DNA of 64,000 bases from Candidatus Woesebacteria bacterium. GTDB taxonomy: Bacteria > Patescibacteriota > Microgenomatia > UBA1400 > UBA1396. The stretch is taken from contig JAJOJK010000003.1 in assembly GCA_021208605.1 (NCBI GenBank), positions 73,481 to 137,480 of the forward strand. Direction: 5' to 3'. Both the position numbers and the translations under genes were made by a program. The notes below the pieces were generated by a model. It made no database searches. It was not told where the DNA came from and saw only the letters and a list, made by a program, of their open reading frames with translations. Below, in pieces: positions 19,902-28,267 of this stretch. Position 1 is the first letter of the stretch; the number at the start of each line of letters is the position of its first letter.

Positions 19902-21842
19902 GTGACAGAGTGGCTCGGTTCTTGCTATGATGATCGTATGCCAGTAACTACTGCGTCCGTGGTCGGCATTCCGTCAAAGACAACTTGGTCGACGACGGCT
20001 ACACTCCGCCTCCAATCGGCTGAACTCTGGTGCGCGTGCGGTTTTTCCGGAAGCGATGATTCTCCATATGAAGGTCGTCATTTTATTGATTTCCTTGAGA
20101 CACTGTCGGCTGCAAATGCGCAGGAATTCTATCAACAAGTATCTGAGTATCTCCAGCGGGTAGGCGAAAAAACGGCTTTTTCTGTGGCGCTAGCGTATCG
20201 AACTCCCCAGTCGGTCTTGTTGATCACCTTTGGTTTTGGCATGATTGCGTTTCACCGTCCAGCCGGAAAAGAAGTTCGCTGGCTTATGGATGGCACGCAA
20301 GAAAATCACATTTTAGAAGGCTTTTTGCAGCCTGGTGACACGTTATTTTTAGGCACTGCACGCTTCAAAGACACGGCTTTTCCAGTCGAAAAATTCATTC
20401 AGTTAACGCTCGACGACTTCACCGCCGAGGTTTTCCCGCGCGTGCAAAAGCACGCCAATTCTGGTGAAATCGCCGCCTTGGTAGTGCGCGAGAAAGGGCA
20501 GCCAACTCCGGCTGCCGCGGCTCCTGCGGCTCCTGTGGCTCCACAAAAGTTGGCGACTGCCGCGCCATCAAAACAAACGGAATCATCTGAGCCAACCGTT
20601 CCATCCTCCGGCGTTTCGCCAAGCCTTGCCGCCCACCTCATTTCTCCAGAAAAAATTAGAGCCGGCGTAGAGGCCGCGCATGTCCAGGATGTCACTTCAA
20701 AAAATGTGCGACATCGTTTACCCACACAGTGGCTGCAGCGCGTACAGGATTTTAATTGGCGACAACTGCATCTGGTGCGAATTGCCGCCGTAATCGGTGT
20801 TGTGGTGGTCTTAGTTGGTGGACTGATTTGGTATCGTTCCTGGAATGTCACTAAAGAGTACACCGAGGTGGTCGTGCCACTCGAACAACTCGTGTCTGAT
20901 TTGCAAGCCGAAAACGATCGCTTCGCGCAGCGCAATGAGGCCGAGGCCTTGCTCGAGCGCATCCAGGCTACGCGCGTGTCCTACAACGCGAATCGCCGCC
21001 GAGTTTTAGAGTTGGAATCCAGCGCGGAGTCGGTGTTCAACCAAGTTTCTGGTCAGCGCGAAATTGTGAACTTGCCTGTTTTTTATGATTTCCGCCTCAT
21101 TTCTCCTGATTTCTTAGCCAGCGAAGTCGCCCGCGAAGGCGATACCGCCTTTTTCCTCGACGGCAACAAAAAACAAGCCATTTCCCTCAACGTGACGAAT
21201 AAGCAAAATGAATCCATTCCCATCGACACCCAAGACGAGCTGCGCGACATGACCATTATTGGAAGCCGACTGTTTTTCTTAACAAATAGCGGCGTTCTAT
21301 CATCCACACTCAGTGGTGCCGACTTACAAACCGCAGTTGGGTTTGATGACGATGTAGAAGATCCATCGTACTTGTCCTCTTTTGGTGAAAATGTGTATGT
21401 GTTGGACCGCGGTGCTCAGCAAATCTGGCGTGCTGATGCGTTAGCGGAAGATGCCAGCCCTTCTGGTTGGGTTCGCTCGGCTGCCGGTGTTGATTTTTCT
21501 AATATTTCTTCCATGGCTATTAACGGCAGTATTTGGCTAGGTTCTAACTCCGGCGAAGTTTACCAGCTTTTGGCCGGCCAACGCGAAAGCTATGATTTTA
21601 TTGGCTTACCAGAACCATTCACTTCCTCTTTGCTTGTGGCCGCCAATGAAGAAGGCGAAAAACTCGTGGTCGTCGAACCAGCGCAAAAACGACTAGTCGT
21701 CTTCCAAAAAGAAACCGGCGAGTACCTCCAGCAAATCACCTCCGAACAAATCGGCGCCGTGACCGATGTGGTGCTGGATGAAGAAGAACGGGTTGCGTAT
21801 TTGCTGGCGGGTAGTGTAGTATATCGAGTTGAGGTTGAGTAA
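19902..21842 (+). CDS. Large hypothetical protein with one TM segment and a beta-rich C-terminus
   Basis: 646-aa ORF; TM LHLVRIAAVIGVVVVLVGGLIWY; alternative start at 19938. Confidence 0.45.
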   Translation: MTEWLGSCYDDRMPVTTASVVGIPSKTTWSTTATLRLQSAELWCACGFSGSDDSPYEGRHFIDFLETLSAANAQEFYQQVSEYLQRVGEKTAFSVALAYRTPQSVLLITFGFGMIAFHRPAGKEVRWLMDGTQENHILEGFLQPGDTLFLGTARFKDTAFPVEKFIQLTLDDFTAEVFPRVQKHANSGEIAALVVREKGQPTPAAAAPAAPVAPQKLATAAPSKQTESSEPTVPSSGVSPSLAAHLISPEKIRAGVEAAHVQDVTSKNVRHRLPTQWLQRVQDFNWRQLHLVRIAAVIGVVVVLVGGLIWYRSWNVTKEYTEVVVPLEQLVSDLQAENDRFAQRNEAEALLERIQATRVSYNANRRRVLELESSAESVFNQVSGQREIVNLPVFYDFRLISPDFLASEVAREGDTAFFLDGNKKQAISLNVTNKQNESIPIDTQDELRDMTIIGSRLFFLTNSGVLSSTLSGADLQTAVGFDDDVEDPSYLSSFGENVYVLDRGAQQIWRADALAEDASPSGWVRSAAGVDFSNISSMAINGSIWLGSNSGEVYQLLAGQRESYDFIGLPEPFTSSLLVAANEEGEKLVVVEPAQKRLVVFQKETGEYLQQITSEQIGAVTDVVLDEEERVAYLLAGSVVYRVEVE

Positions 21843-21857
21843 AACAGAAAGGAAAGT

Positions 21858-22217
21858 ATGAGTGAAGTACAAGGTCCTGGTCAAATAATTGGTAAAAGAG
21901 AAACTTATAAACCTACAGATAGTGAAGAAGCTATTAAGTTTGCTGTTATTAGGTCTTTAATGAGTGAATTTAGTTCGATGAGTCCTGAAGATATGGATTT
22001 AGATAAACTCATGCAGAGAACTATTACTAAAATGCATGAAGTTGTTCAAAAATTAGAAAAAGCTGCTCACGTTATGGATCGTCGCGCTTTTTTGCAAGAT
22101 ACCCGTAGATGGCTTACGAGTGATGAGGCTAAGAGCTATTATGCAGAAAAAGGTCGTAGTGATGAAGATCGTATAAAAATGATTAATAGAGTGGATAGCG
22201 ATTTAGCGAATCTCTAA
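21858..22217 (+). CDS. Hypothetical protein, 119 aa, in an AT-rich islet
   Basis: Clean ORF at ~35% GC against ~50% in the flanks. Confidence 0.4.
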   Translation: MSEVQGPGQIIGKRETYKPTDSEEAIKFAVIRSLMSEFSSMSPEDMDLDKLMQRTITKMHEVVQKLEKAAHVMDRRAFLQDTRRWLTSDEAKSYYAEKGRSDEDRIKMINRVDSDLANL

Positions 22218-22221
22218 AATC

Positions 22222-24648
22222 CTACTCCCACCCAAAATACCCACTCGTGGCTTGGAATAATCGTTCAGCCGGGACAATATACCTTTCTTCAACAGGTTTT
22301 TGTTCCGGCTGTCCTTCTGCGTTGATGACCTCGATAGTTTGGCGTTGGCAGTCTAAGCAGTAGTCGCGGGTGAAGGGGTCGGTGAGGAGCACGTGCTCTT
22401 CGAATTTTAATTTATCGGTCGGGTCATTAGGACCGGGTGGTAAGCCGGTTTGTTCGGCAATCCAGGTACCGTTGACCACATTTTCCACGTCTTGTGGCTC
22501 GGTGCCTTCCCAGAATTTTTCGGTGACGGTGCTGCATTGTTTGTCGGCTGGCACGGCTGGATTGGGAAGCGCGCCAGAACGTTGGCAGATAGCCACTTCG
22601 GTAATGCTTTCTGGTTCCGGCTGCCATTCTTCTTCTGGGCTCGGGTCTTCTTGCACCAAGTACGACATGATGTCATTCCAGATTGGGGCGGCGCCGGTGA
22701 TACCAGAGACCAAGTACGGGTTCATGGCGGAGTTGTCGGTATTTCCGACCCATGTGGCGACTAAGTAGTCAGCACTGAAGCCCACGGTCCAGTTGTCGCG
22801 TAGGTCGTTGGTGGTGCCGGTTTTAGCGGCGACCTTCTGTCCACGGATTTGCAGGTTGGAGGACGCGCCAAAGGCCGGAATACGGGCTTGGTTGTCGGAA
22901 ATGATATCACTGACCAGGTAGGCCGGTTCGCGGTCTAAAACGCGGTAAATGTCATCGCGGTCGTCGGATACTTTGGCTTCGAGCTCGCGACGTTCTTCAG
23001 CCGGCCCGGTGGGCGCCAAGAACTGTTGTGACTCAAACGCTTGTAAACGCTCGTCGAGGTTGACTTCGCGGAGAACTTCTCCGGTGTAGGTTTCAACTTT
23101 GAGAATAGAAATAAGTGGAACCTTGACTCCCTGGTTCGCTAAGACACCATAGGCTGTTGCCAACTCAGTCATCTTCACTTCGCCGGCGCCGAGAGGCAGA
23201 GACAGGCCGTAATTTTTTTCATCGGTGCTGAGTGAAAGGAGTCCCATGGCGCGAGTGCGCTCGATAATTTCGCTGGTGCCGTTGACGGCGCCTGTTTTTA
23301 CCGCCGGAACGTTATACGAGTTGGCTAACGCAGCCCGGGGCAGAACTGGACCGCGGTAACTATTGTCGTAGTTCCTGGGACAGTATTCCTCTTGGCCAAC
23401 CACCTGGAAACAGGTGGGAATGTCCAAAAGCATGGTGCCCATGTTGAAACGTCTGGTTTGGAGTGCGGTGGCGAGGTTCAGCGGCTTCATGGATGAGCCT
23501 GGCTGGCGTGGGCGCACAGTCATGTTGATTTGGCCTTCGTCGGTGGCGTCGAAGTAATCGTGTGAGCCGACCATGGCTAATATTTCGCCAGTATGCGGTT
23601 TGGTGACCAGCGCCGCGCCATTGCCCACTCTGTAGCGATCAAGATCATCGATTTCAGCGGAAAGGGAAGCTTGCGCTACTTGCTGCAAGCCAAGATCTAA
23701 AGTTGTAGTGACGCGAAGTCCGCCGCGCTCGACGGTGGCTTGGCCGTATTCTTCAATGAGTAAATCGCGCACGTAAAAGACGAAATGCGGGGCCTGAATA
23801 TCGAAGCGCTTTTCGGCAAAGGCGAGTTCTTGTTCTTCGGCCGAGTCCGCCTCTTCCTGAGTAATGTAGCCTTCTTCGACCATACGACGGAGTACTTCTC
23901 GCTGTCGATCAAATCCCAACTGCGGTGTATTGCCAAACGGCGAGTAACGTGTCGGTGACTGGGGTAATCCGGCCAAATAGCTGGCTTCAGCTAAAGTTAA
24001 ATCTTTCGCAGATTTATCGAAATAGGTATTAGCGGCAGCCTCGATTCCCCACGCGGTTCCGCCATAGGGCACATGATTCAAGTACATTTCGAGAATGTCT
24101 TTTTTGGAGTAGAGCACTTCTGTAGCCAAGGTTAAGACGGCCTCTTTGATTTTGCGTTCGAGGGTTTTTTCTCTGGTGAGAAGTGATACTTTGACGAGCT
24201 GCTGAGTAATGGTTGATCCACCTTCTGGGGAGCCGCCTTGGGTCAAATTTTTGTAAAACGCGCGGGCAATGCCAAAGAAGTCGAGTCCAAAGTGACGATA
24301 GAAGTTTTGGTCTTCCACGGCGATGGTCGCTTGCGGCACATACTCAGGCAGCTCATCGAGTTGGATGGGTGTTCGGTTTTCGTCGGAAAAAATCTCGTAG
24401 AGGAGAGTTCCGTTGCGGTCAAGAATCTGCGTGCTGACTGATAAGTTTTCGGCAGAGCGGAGTTTGGTGGGAGAGGGCAGATCTTTAATGAAGAGTACGA
24501 GCAACACAAAGATGCTCACGAGCGCTAAAAAAGTGACGACCAATAACAAACGCTGCAGCCAACCCCATTTTTTCCAGAGTTGTAGTGATTTTTTTTGGAG
24601 AAGGCGAAGTCGTTCCACTTGCATATTATAGCTTACCGATTGCCGCAT
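22222..24648 (-). CDS. ponA: Class A penicillin-binding protein (transglycosylase + transpeptidase), PBP1A-like
   Basis: GT51 motifs (ATIAVEDQNFYRHFG, GGSTITQQLVK); transpeptidase SxxK (GSSMKPL), SxN and KTG (KTGTTND). N-terminal TM anchor. Confidence 0.85.
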   Translation of the reverse strand: MRQSVSYNMQVERLRLLQKKSLQLWKKWGWLQRLLLVVTFLALVSIFVLLVLFIKDLPSPTKLRSAENLSVSTQILDRNGTLLYEIFSDENRTPIQLDELPEYVPQATIAVEDQNFYRHFGLDFFGIARAFYKNLTQGGSPEGGSTITQQLVKVSLLTREKTLERKIKEAVLTLATEVLYSKKDILEMYLNHVPYGGTAWGIEAAANTYFDKSAKDLTLAEASYLAGLPQSPTRYSPFGNTPQLGFDRQREVLRRMVEEGYITQEEADSAEEQELAFAEKRFDIQAPHFVFYVRDLLIEEYGQATVERGGLRVTTTLDLGLQQVAQASLSAEIDDLDRYRVGNGAALVTKPHTGEILAMVGSHDYFDATDEGQINMTVRPRQPGSSMKPLNLATALQTRRFNMGTMLLDIPTCFQVVGQEEYCPRNYDNSYRGPVLPRAALANSYNVPAVKTGAVNGTSEIIERTRAMGLLSLSTDEKNYGLSLPLGAGEVKMTELATAYGVLANQGVKVPLISILKVETYTGEVLREVNLDERLQAFESQQFLAPTGPAEERRELEAKVSDDRDDIYRVLDREPAYLVSDIISDNQARIPAFGASSNLQIRGQKVAAKTGTTNDLRDNWTVGFSADYLVATWVGNTDNSAMNPYLVSGITGAAPIWNDIMSYLVQEDPSPEEEWQPEPESITEVAICQRSGALPNPAVPADKQCSTVTEKFWEGTEPQDVENVVNGTWIAEQTGLPPGPNDPTDKLKFEEHVLLTDPFTRDYCLDCQRQTIEVINAEGQPEQKPVEERYIVPAERLFQATSGYFGWE

Positions 24649-24653
24649 CTTTA

Positions 24654-24870
24654 GGGACGGTCCTTTACTTGTTCACCAGAGGGGAGGAATGTCCTACATC
24701 GAGAAAGGATGGTCCCTCACCTCTTCGCCAGATGGGAAGAATGCTCCACATCGAGAAGGGACGGTCCTTCACCTCTTCACCAGAGGAGAGAAATACTCCA
24801 CCTCAAGAAGGGTTGGTCCCTCTTACTCCCTCTCCCCCTCCACATCAAGAAGGGTTGGACCCTGTCGCGC
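24654..24870. repeat. About four degenerate tandem copies of a ~52-bp repeat
   Basis: Units start at 24654, 24707, 24759 and 24811 (partial), ~80% identical, all beginning gg(a/t)(c/t)ggtcc. They lie in the 5' leader region of the PBP gene. Confidence 0.6.
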
Positions 24871-24890
24871 TTTGGTGTTACCGTAATTTC

Positions 24891-25430
24891 ATGTTAGAAC
24901 CCACAGCAGCACCCACGACTGAGTCACCCTCAACCACCAGCTTTTTGTCGACCTATATTTCACCAGATCTCATCTCATACTTAGAAGCGGAGCAAAAACG
25001 CCTCATCAAAGATAGTCTCCTTTTATTGTCGTATTTCGCGGATCGTCCCGAAGATCCGCATGAAGTGCACGATTTTGCGTTCGTAGTTTTTCCTCTAGCC
25101 AAGGCGTATGAAGGATTTTTGAAAACCTACTTTTATCGTCATCATTTAATTTCTGAAGATCGCTATCGCGGACGATATTTCCGTATTGGCCGTAGTTTCA
25201 ATCCCGATCTCCCGCAAAAGTATCGTGACGAAGATTGGGTCTATGACGATGTAACGAGGGAGTGCAGCGAAGAGCTCGCGCGAGAAATGTGGAATGTGTG
25301 GCTTGATGCACGCAATCACTTGTTTCACTATTTCCCGGACGAGCGCTATGATCTCACCTTAGAAGAAGCGGAAAAACTCGTGCACCACGCACTTGATGTT
25401 ATGACCCGTGCCGTGCGCTGCGGCGAGTAA
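24891..25430 (+). CDS. Hypothetical protein, ~180 aa
   Basis: The ORF track starts at 24585, but that N-terminus is translated tandem repeat and overlaps the PBP start. The first ATG after the repeats is at 24891. Confidence 0.4.
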   Translation: MLEPTAAPTTESPSTTSFLSTYISPDLISYLEAEQKRLIKDSLLLLSYFADRPEDPHEVHDFAFVVFPLAKAYEGFLKTYFYRHHLISEDRYRGRYFRIGRSFNPDLPQKYRDEDWVYDDVTRECSEELAREMWNVWLDARNHLFHYFPDERYDLTLEEAEKLVHHALDVMTRAVRCGE

Positions 25431-25564
25431 CGCTGGCGTCACGCTGATGAACGCTTGTAAAAGCCCGTTAACGCCAGTCCGCAATTCAGCCTGGGTGTGT
25501 TACAATGGCTTGCACATCCGGAGACGGATTTTTTATATCGTGTAACTATAAATGAAGGGTGTGC

Positions 25565-26227
25565 ATGGCATACAAAAATATTACGATTTCAGGTTTTCCC
25601 GGTGCTGGTTCCACCACTTTGTTGAATGCGCTCAAAGAAGAGTTGAAGTTTGAAGGGTGGACTGGTTTTTCCGGTGGCGAGTTTATGCGCGCCTATGCCG
25701 CTGAACAAGGACTCCTCGATCCCAAAAGTGGCAAGTTGCACCATTCGGCCGCTACCTACAGTGATGATTTCGATCGACAAGTTGATTACGGCATGCGCGC
25801 TCGTCTGCAAAAAGGTGAGGGTTGGATCTTAGAGTCGTGGTTATCTGGTTTTCTTGCCCAAGGTGTGCCAGATGTTCTCAAAGTGCTCATGATTTGTTCT
25901 GACGAAGCTGTGAAAGTCGACCGCATCATGAACCGTGATGACGTGCCGGCAGAAGAGGCCGTTGCCAACATGCGCGAGCGCTACAACACCAATTACAACA
26001 AATGGTCCAGAATGTATCAAGAAGAGTGGGAAAATTGGGTCGTTACCGCGGGCAAAGCGGAATCGGGAGAAAAAATTGATTTTTGGAAACCGGAACTCTA
26101 CGATATAGTGATAGATACATACTCCACGAACAAACAAGACGCCTTCCAACGTGTCTTGAAAGCCCTCTATGAGTCCCGCCAAAAGCAAGACCAGCAAAAA
26201 ACTCCAGCAGCTCAAGCAAAAGCATAG
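25565..26227 (+). CDS. P-loop nucleoside monophosphate kinase-like protein (cytidylate kinase family-like)
   Basis: N-terminal P-loop ISGFPGAGSTTL at the very start; ~220 aa, typical of the small CMP/AMP kinase-like family. Confidence 0.45.
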   Translation: MAYKNITISGFPGAGSTTLLNALKEELKFEGWTGFSGGEFMRAYAAEQGLLDPKSGKLHHSAATYSDDFDRQVDYGMRARLQKGEGWILESWLSGFLAQGVPDVLKVLMICSDEAVKVDRIMNRDDVPAEEAVANMRERYNTNYNKWSRMYQEEWENWVVTAGKAESGEKIDFWKPELYDIVIDTYSTNKQDAFQRVLKALYESRQKQDQQKTPAAQAKA

Positions 26228-26375
26228 TGATTCTGGGCTCAAGACAGTCAAGAAAGTCATTTCAAAATCTCGCAAGAATTCAAATGGGCACTCGTTTCGT
26301 TCGTCAACGGAAAGTGTTACTCCTTCTCAAGTAAAGGAATCTTTACGCACTCTCTATGGCTTTTTCTTTTTGGAA

Positions 26376-26984
26376 ATGAGTCTCTTAGTCCTTTGGGTCG
26401 CATATCGCGGCTTTACTACATTTCCGGTGTGGTTTGATGAAGGTGTTGCCAAAGCGATAGTGTTTGGCTTACCGGTTTTTTGGTTTGCGGCGCGCTCAAA
26501 ATTTGTGGCCCGCGAAATTGGTTTGGACTTAAATCGCCTGGTTCCAGGAATGTATATGGGTCTCGCTATTGGCGGTTTGTATGGCTTTGCGGCTATTTTG
26601 TCTGAAGTCCTGGGTGGTACAGAAGTAGCTGGAGCCGCTTTTTACCTCACCAGTGATTTTTGGTGGTTGGCCTTCTTGGCTTTGCTGACCGCATGGTGGG
26701 AGTCACTCTTTTTCTTTGGATTGCCGATTCAGTTTATTCGCAGCGTGGCAAGCTGGGTTTCAGAAAGTGTCATCATGACTTTTGTGGTAGTGTTTTTCTT
26801 GCTGTTCCACTCGCCGCTGCGCATTATTGTTACTGGTGCCTCGCCGCAATTTTTAGTGCAAATGGGCGTCTTAACCTTGTTTGTGATTGGTCAGTATTTG
26901 GTCTATACCCGTACAAAAAATATGTATGCCATCGTGCTATCTCATCTGTTCTGGGGACTGGTCATACAGGTATATAGCATGTAG
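26376..26984 (+). CDS. CPBP-family (CAAX protease-like) intramembrane protein, putative
   Basis: Multi-TM protein with AWWESLFFFG (EExxxR-like), FLLFHSP (FxxxH) and LSHLFWG (HxxxN-like) motifs. The ORF track start at 26169 overlaps the upstream gene; an internal M at 26376 is preferred. Confidence 0.4.
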   Translation: MSLLVLWVAYRGFTTFPVWFDEGVAKAIVFGLPVFWFAARSKFVAREIGLDLNRLVPGMYMGLAIGGLYGFAAILSEVLGGTEVAGAAFYLTSDFWWLAFLALLTAWWESLFFFGLPIQFIRSVASWVSESVIMTFVVVFFLLFHSPLRIIVTGASPQFLVQMGVLTLFVIGQYLVYTRTKNMYAIVLSHLFWGLVIQVYSM

Positions 26985-27018
26985 GCGTGCTATACTACGT
27001 ATTCGCATTTGCGACAAC

Positions 27019-27570
27019 ATGAAATATTTAAAACAAGCGGTACAAACAAGTTTTTTCCTTTTTGGTGGTTTGGCAGTGCTCGCTGTTTCACTGCATTTTA
27101 CGAGTGTGCGCGAAACAATGGCTTCCACTGGCGAGTCGAGCACTTCGCAGACTTCGGCGCACTGGTTTGACTCCCACATGCCAGGAAGTGTGCCGTACAC
27201 CATGGGTCGGGCAGTGGATCGTTGGCAAGTGTGGAATGCGGACGAGTCAGAGCGCGCCACTTTTTTCTTGAACTATGCTGATCACCGCATGTCGGCGGCC
27301 GAATACACGTTTGAACACGCCAATCCTGAACTAGCCATTCATACTTTAGAAAAGGCCTTTGGCTATTTGCTGCGCGGGTACGAAGAGTGTCGGCAGTTTG
27401 GACCAGAGATGTCGGTTTCTTGTAGCGAGTTAGAGCCGGTTTTTGTCGACCAAGTGCAGCGTTTGCATGCATTGGTCGCTCACTTTGAGAAAAACACGGA
27501 AAATGATGCTCTCCGCGCTCATGCCATCACGTTGCAGCGACGGGTCCAAGTATTCATTGAGCGATTGTAA
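27019..27570 (+). CDS. Secreted/anchored hypothetical protein
   Basis: Signal-peptide-like N-terminus MKYLKQAVQTSFFLFGGLAVLAVS. The ORF track start (26887) overlaps the upstream gene. Confidence 0.45.
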   Translation: MKYLKQAVQTSFFLFGGLAVLAVSLHFTSVRETMASTGESSTSQTSAHWFDSHMPGSVPYTMGRAVDRWQVWNADESERATFFLNYADHRMSAAEYTFEHANPELAIHTLEKAFGYLLRGYEECRQFGPEMSVSCSELEPVFVDQVQRLHALVAHFEKNTENDALRAHAITLQRRVQVFIERL

Positions 27571-27660
27571 GTTTCAATTCCTTTTTTTCTTACTTACTTT
27601 TTTCATATTTATACGGAGTCATTTTCCTCTGGTTCCTGGCGGAAATCCGTTGCTTTACAA

Positions 27661-27706
27661 GCACTGTAGATAGTGCTTTACTGTTGTACCTGCCACTACA
27701 TCTAGT
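27661..27706. promoter_or_regulatory. Two tandem NrdR-box-like palindromes upstream of nrdR-nrdJ
   Basis: cactgtagatagtg (27661-27674) and cactacatctagtg (27693-27706), CACTA..TAGTG inverted repeats 32 bp apart. Confidence 0.5.
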
Positions 27707-27770
27707 GTTTTGGCCGCAAAATTGAGAAAGACCTGTACACACAACGAATTTGCAAAAAAGAATACAATTT

Positions 27771-28267
27771 ATGCGCTGTCCATACTGCTCACATACCGCT
27801 ACTTCTGTTTTAGAAAGCCGACTCACTTCGGACGCCGAATCCATCCGTCGCCGTCGCACCTGCGACAACTGTGGCAAGCGTTTTACGACCTACGAACGTG
27901 TGGAGGGAGTAGATCTCTCCGTGGTGAAAAAAATGGATCAACCGAAACCTTTGATCGCGAGAAATTGCGCAAGGGAATCGTCAAAGCCACCTGGAAGCGA
28001 CCAGTGTCCATGTCCGACATCGAAGAGTTGTTGGACGACGTGGAGCGCCGTTTGCGGGTGCGCAAAACTACCAAAATAAAAAGCTGGGAGATCGGTAATC
28101 TGGTGATGAATCGGTTGAAGAAACTCGATCCAGTTGCCTACTTACTGTTTGCTTCCGTGTACAAAGACTTCCAGTCGCTAGATGATTTTGAGGGCGAGAT
28201 CACCCGACTGCAAGACTCTCCTGCACCCAACCGTGCAGAAACCAATTGTGATACAGAGGAGGAATAA
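27771..28267 (+). CDS. nrdR: Transcriptional repressor NrdR, with a frame break in an A7 run (27927-27933)
   Basis: Zinc ribbon MRCPYCSHTATSVLESRLTSDAESIRRRRTCDNCGKRFTTYERVEGVDLSVVKK in frame 1. ATP-cone GSTETFDREKLRKGIVKATWKRPVSMSDIEELLDDVERRL...VAYLLFASVYKDFQSLDDFEGEI in frame 2. An eighth A would fuse them as ...VVKKNGSTETF... Confidence 0.8.

Noticed and set aside
24654-24870. Possible CRISPR array
   Set aside because: The repeats are directly adjacent, degenerate and have no unique spacers. No cas genes are in the window.
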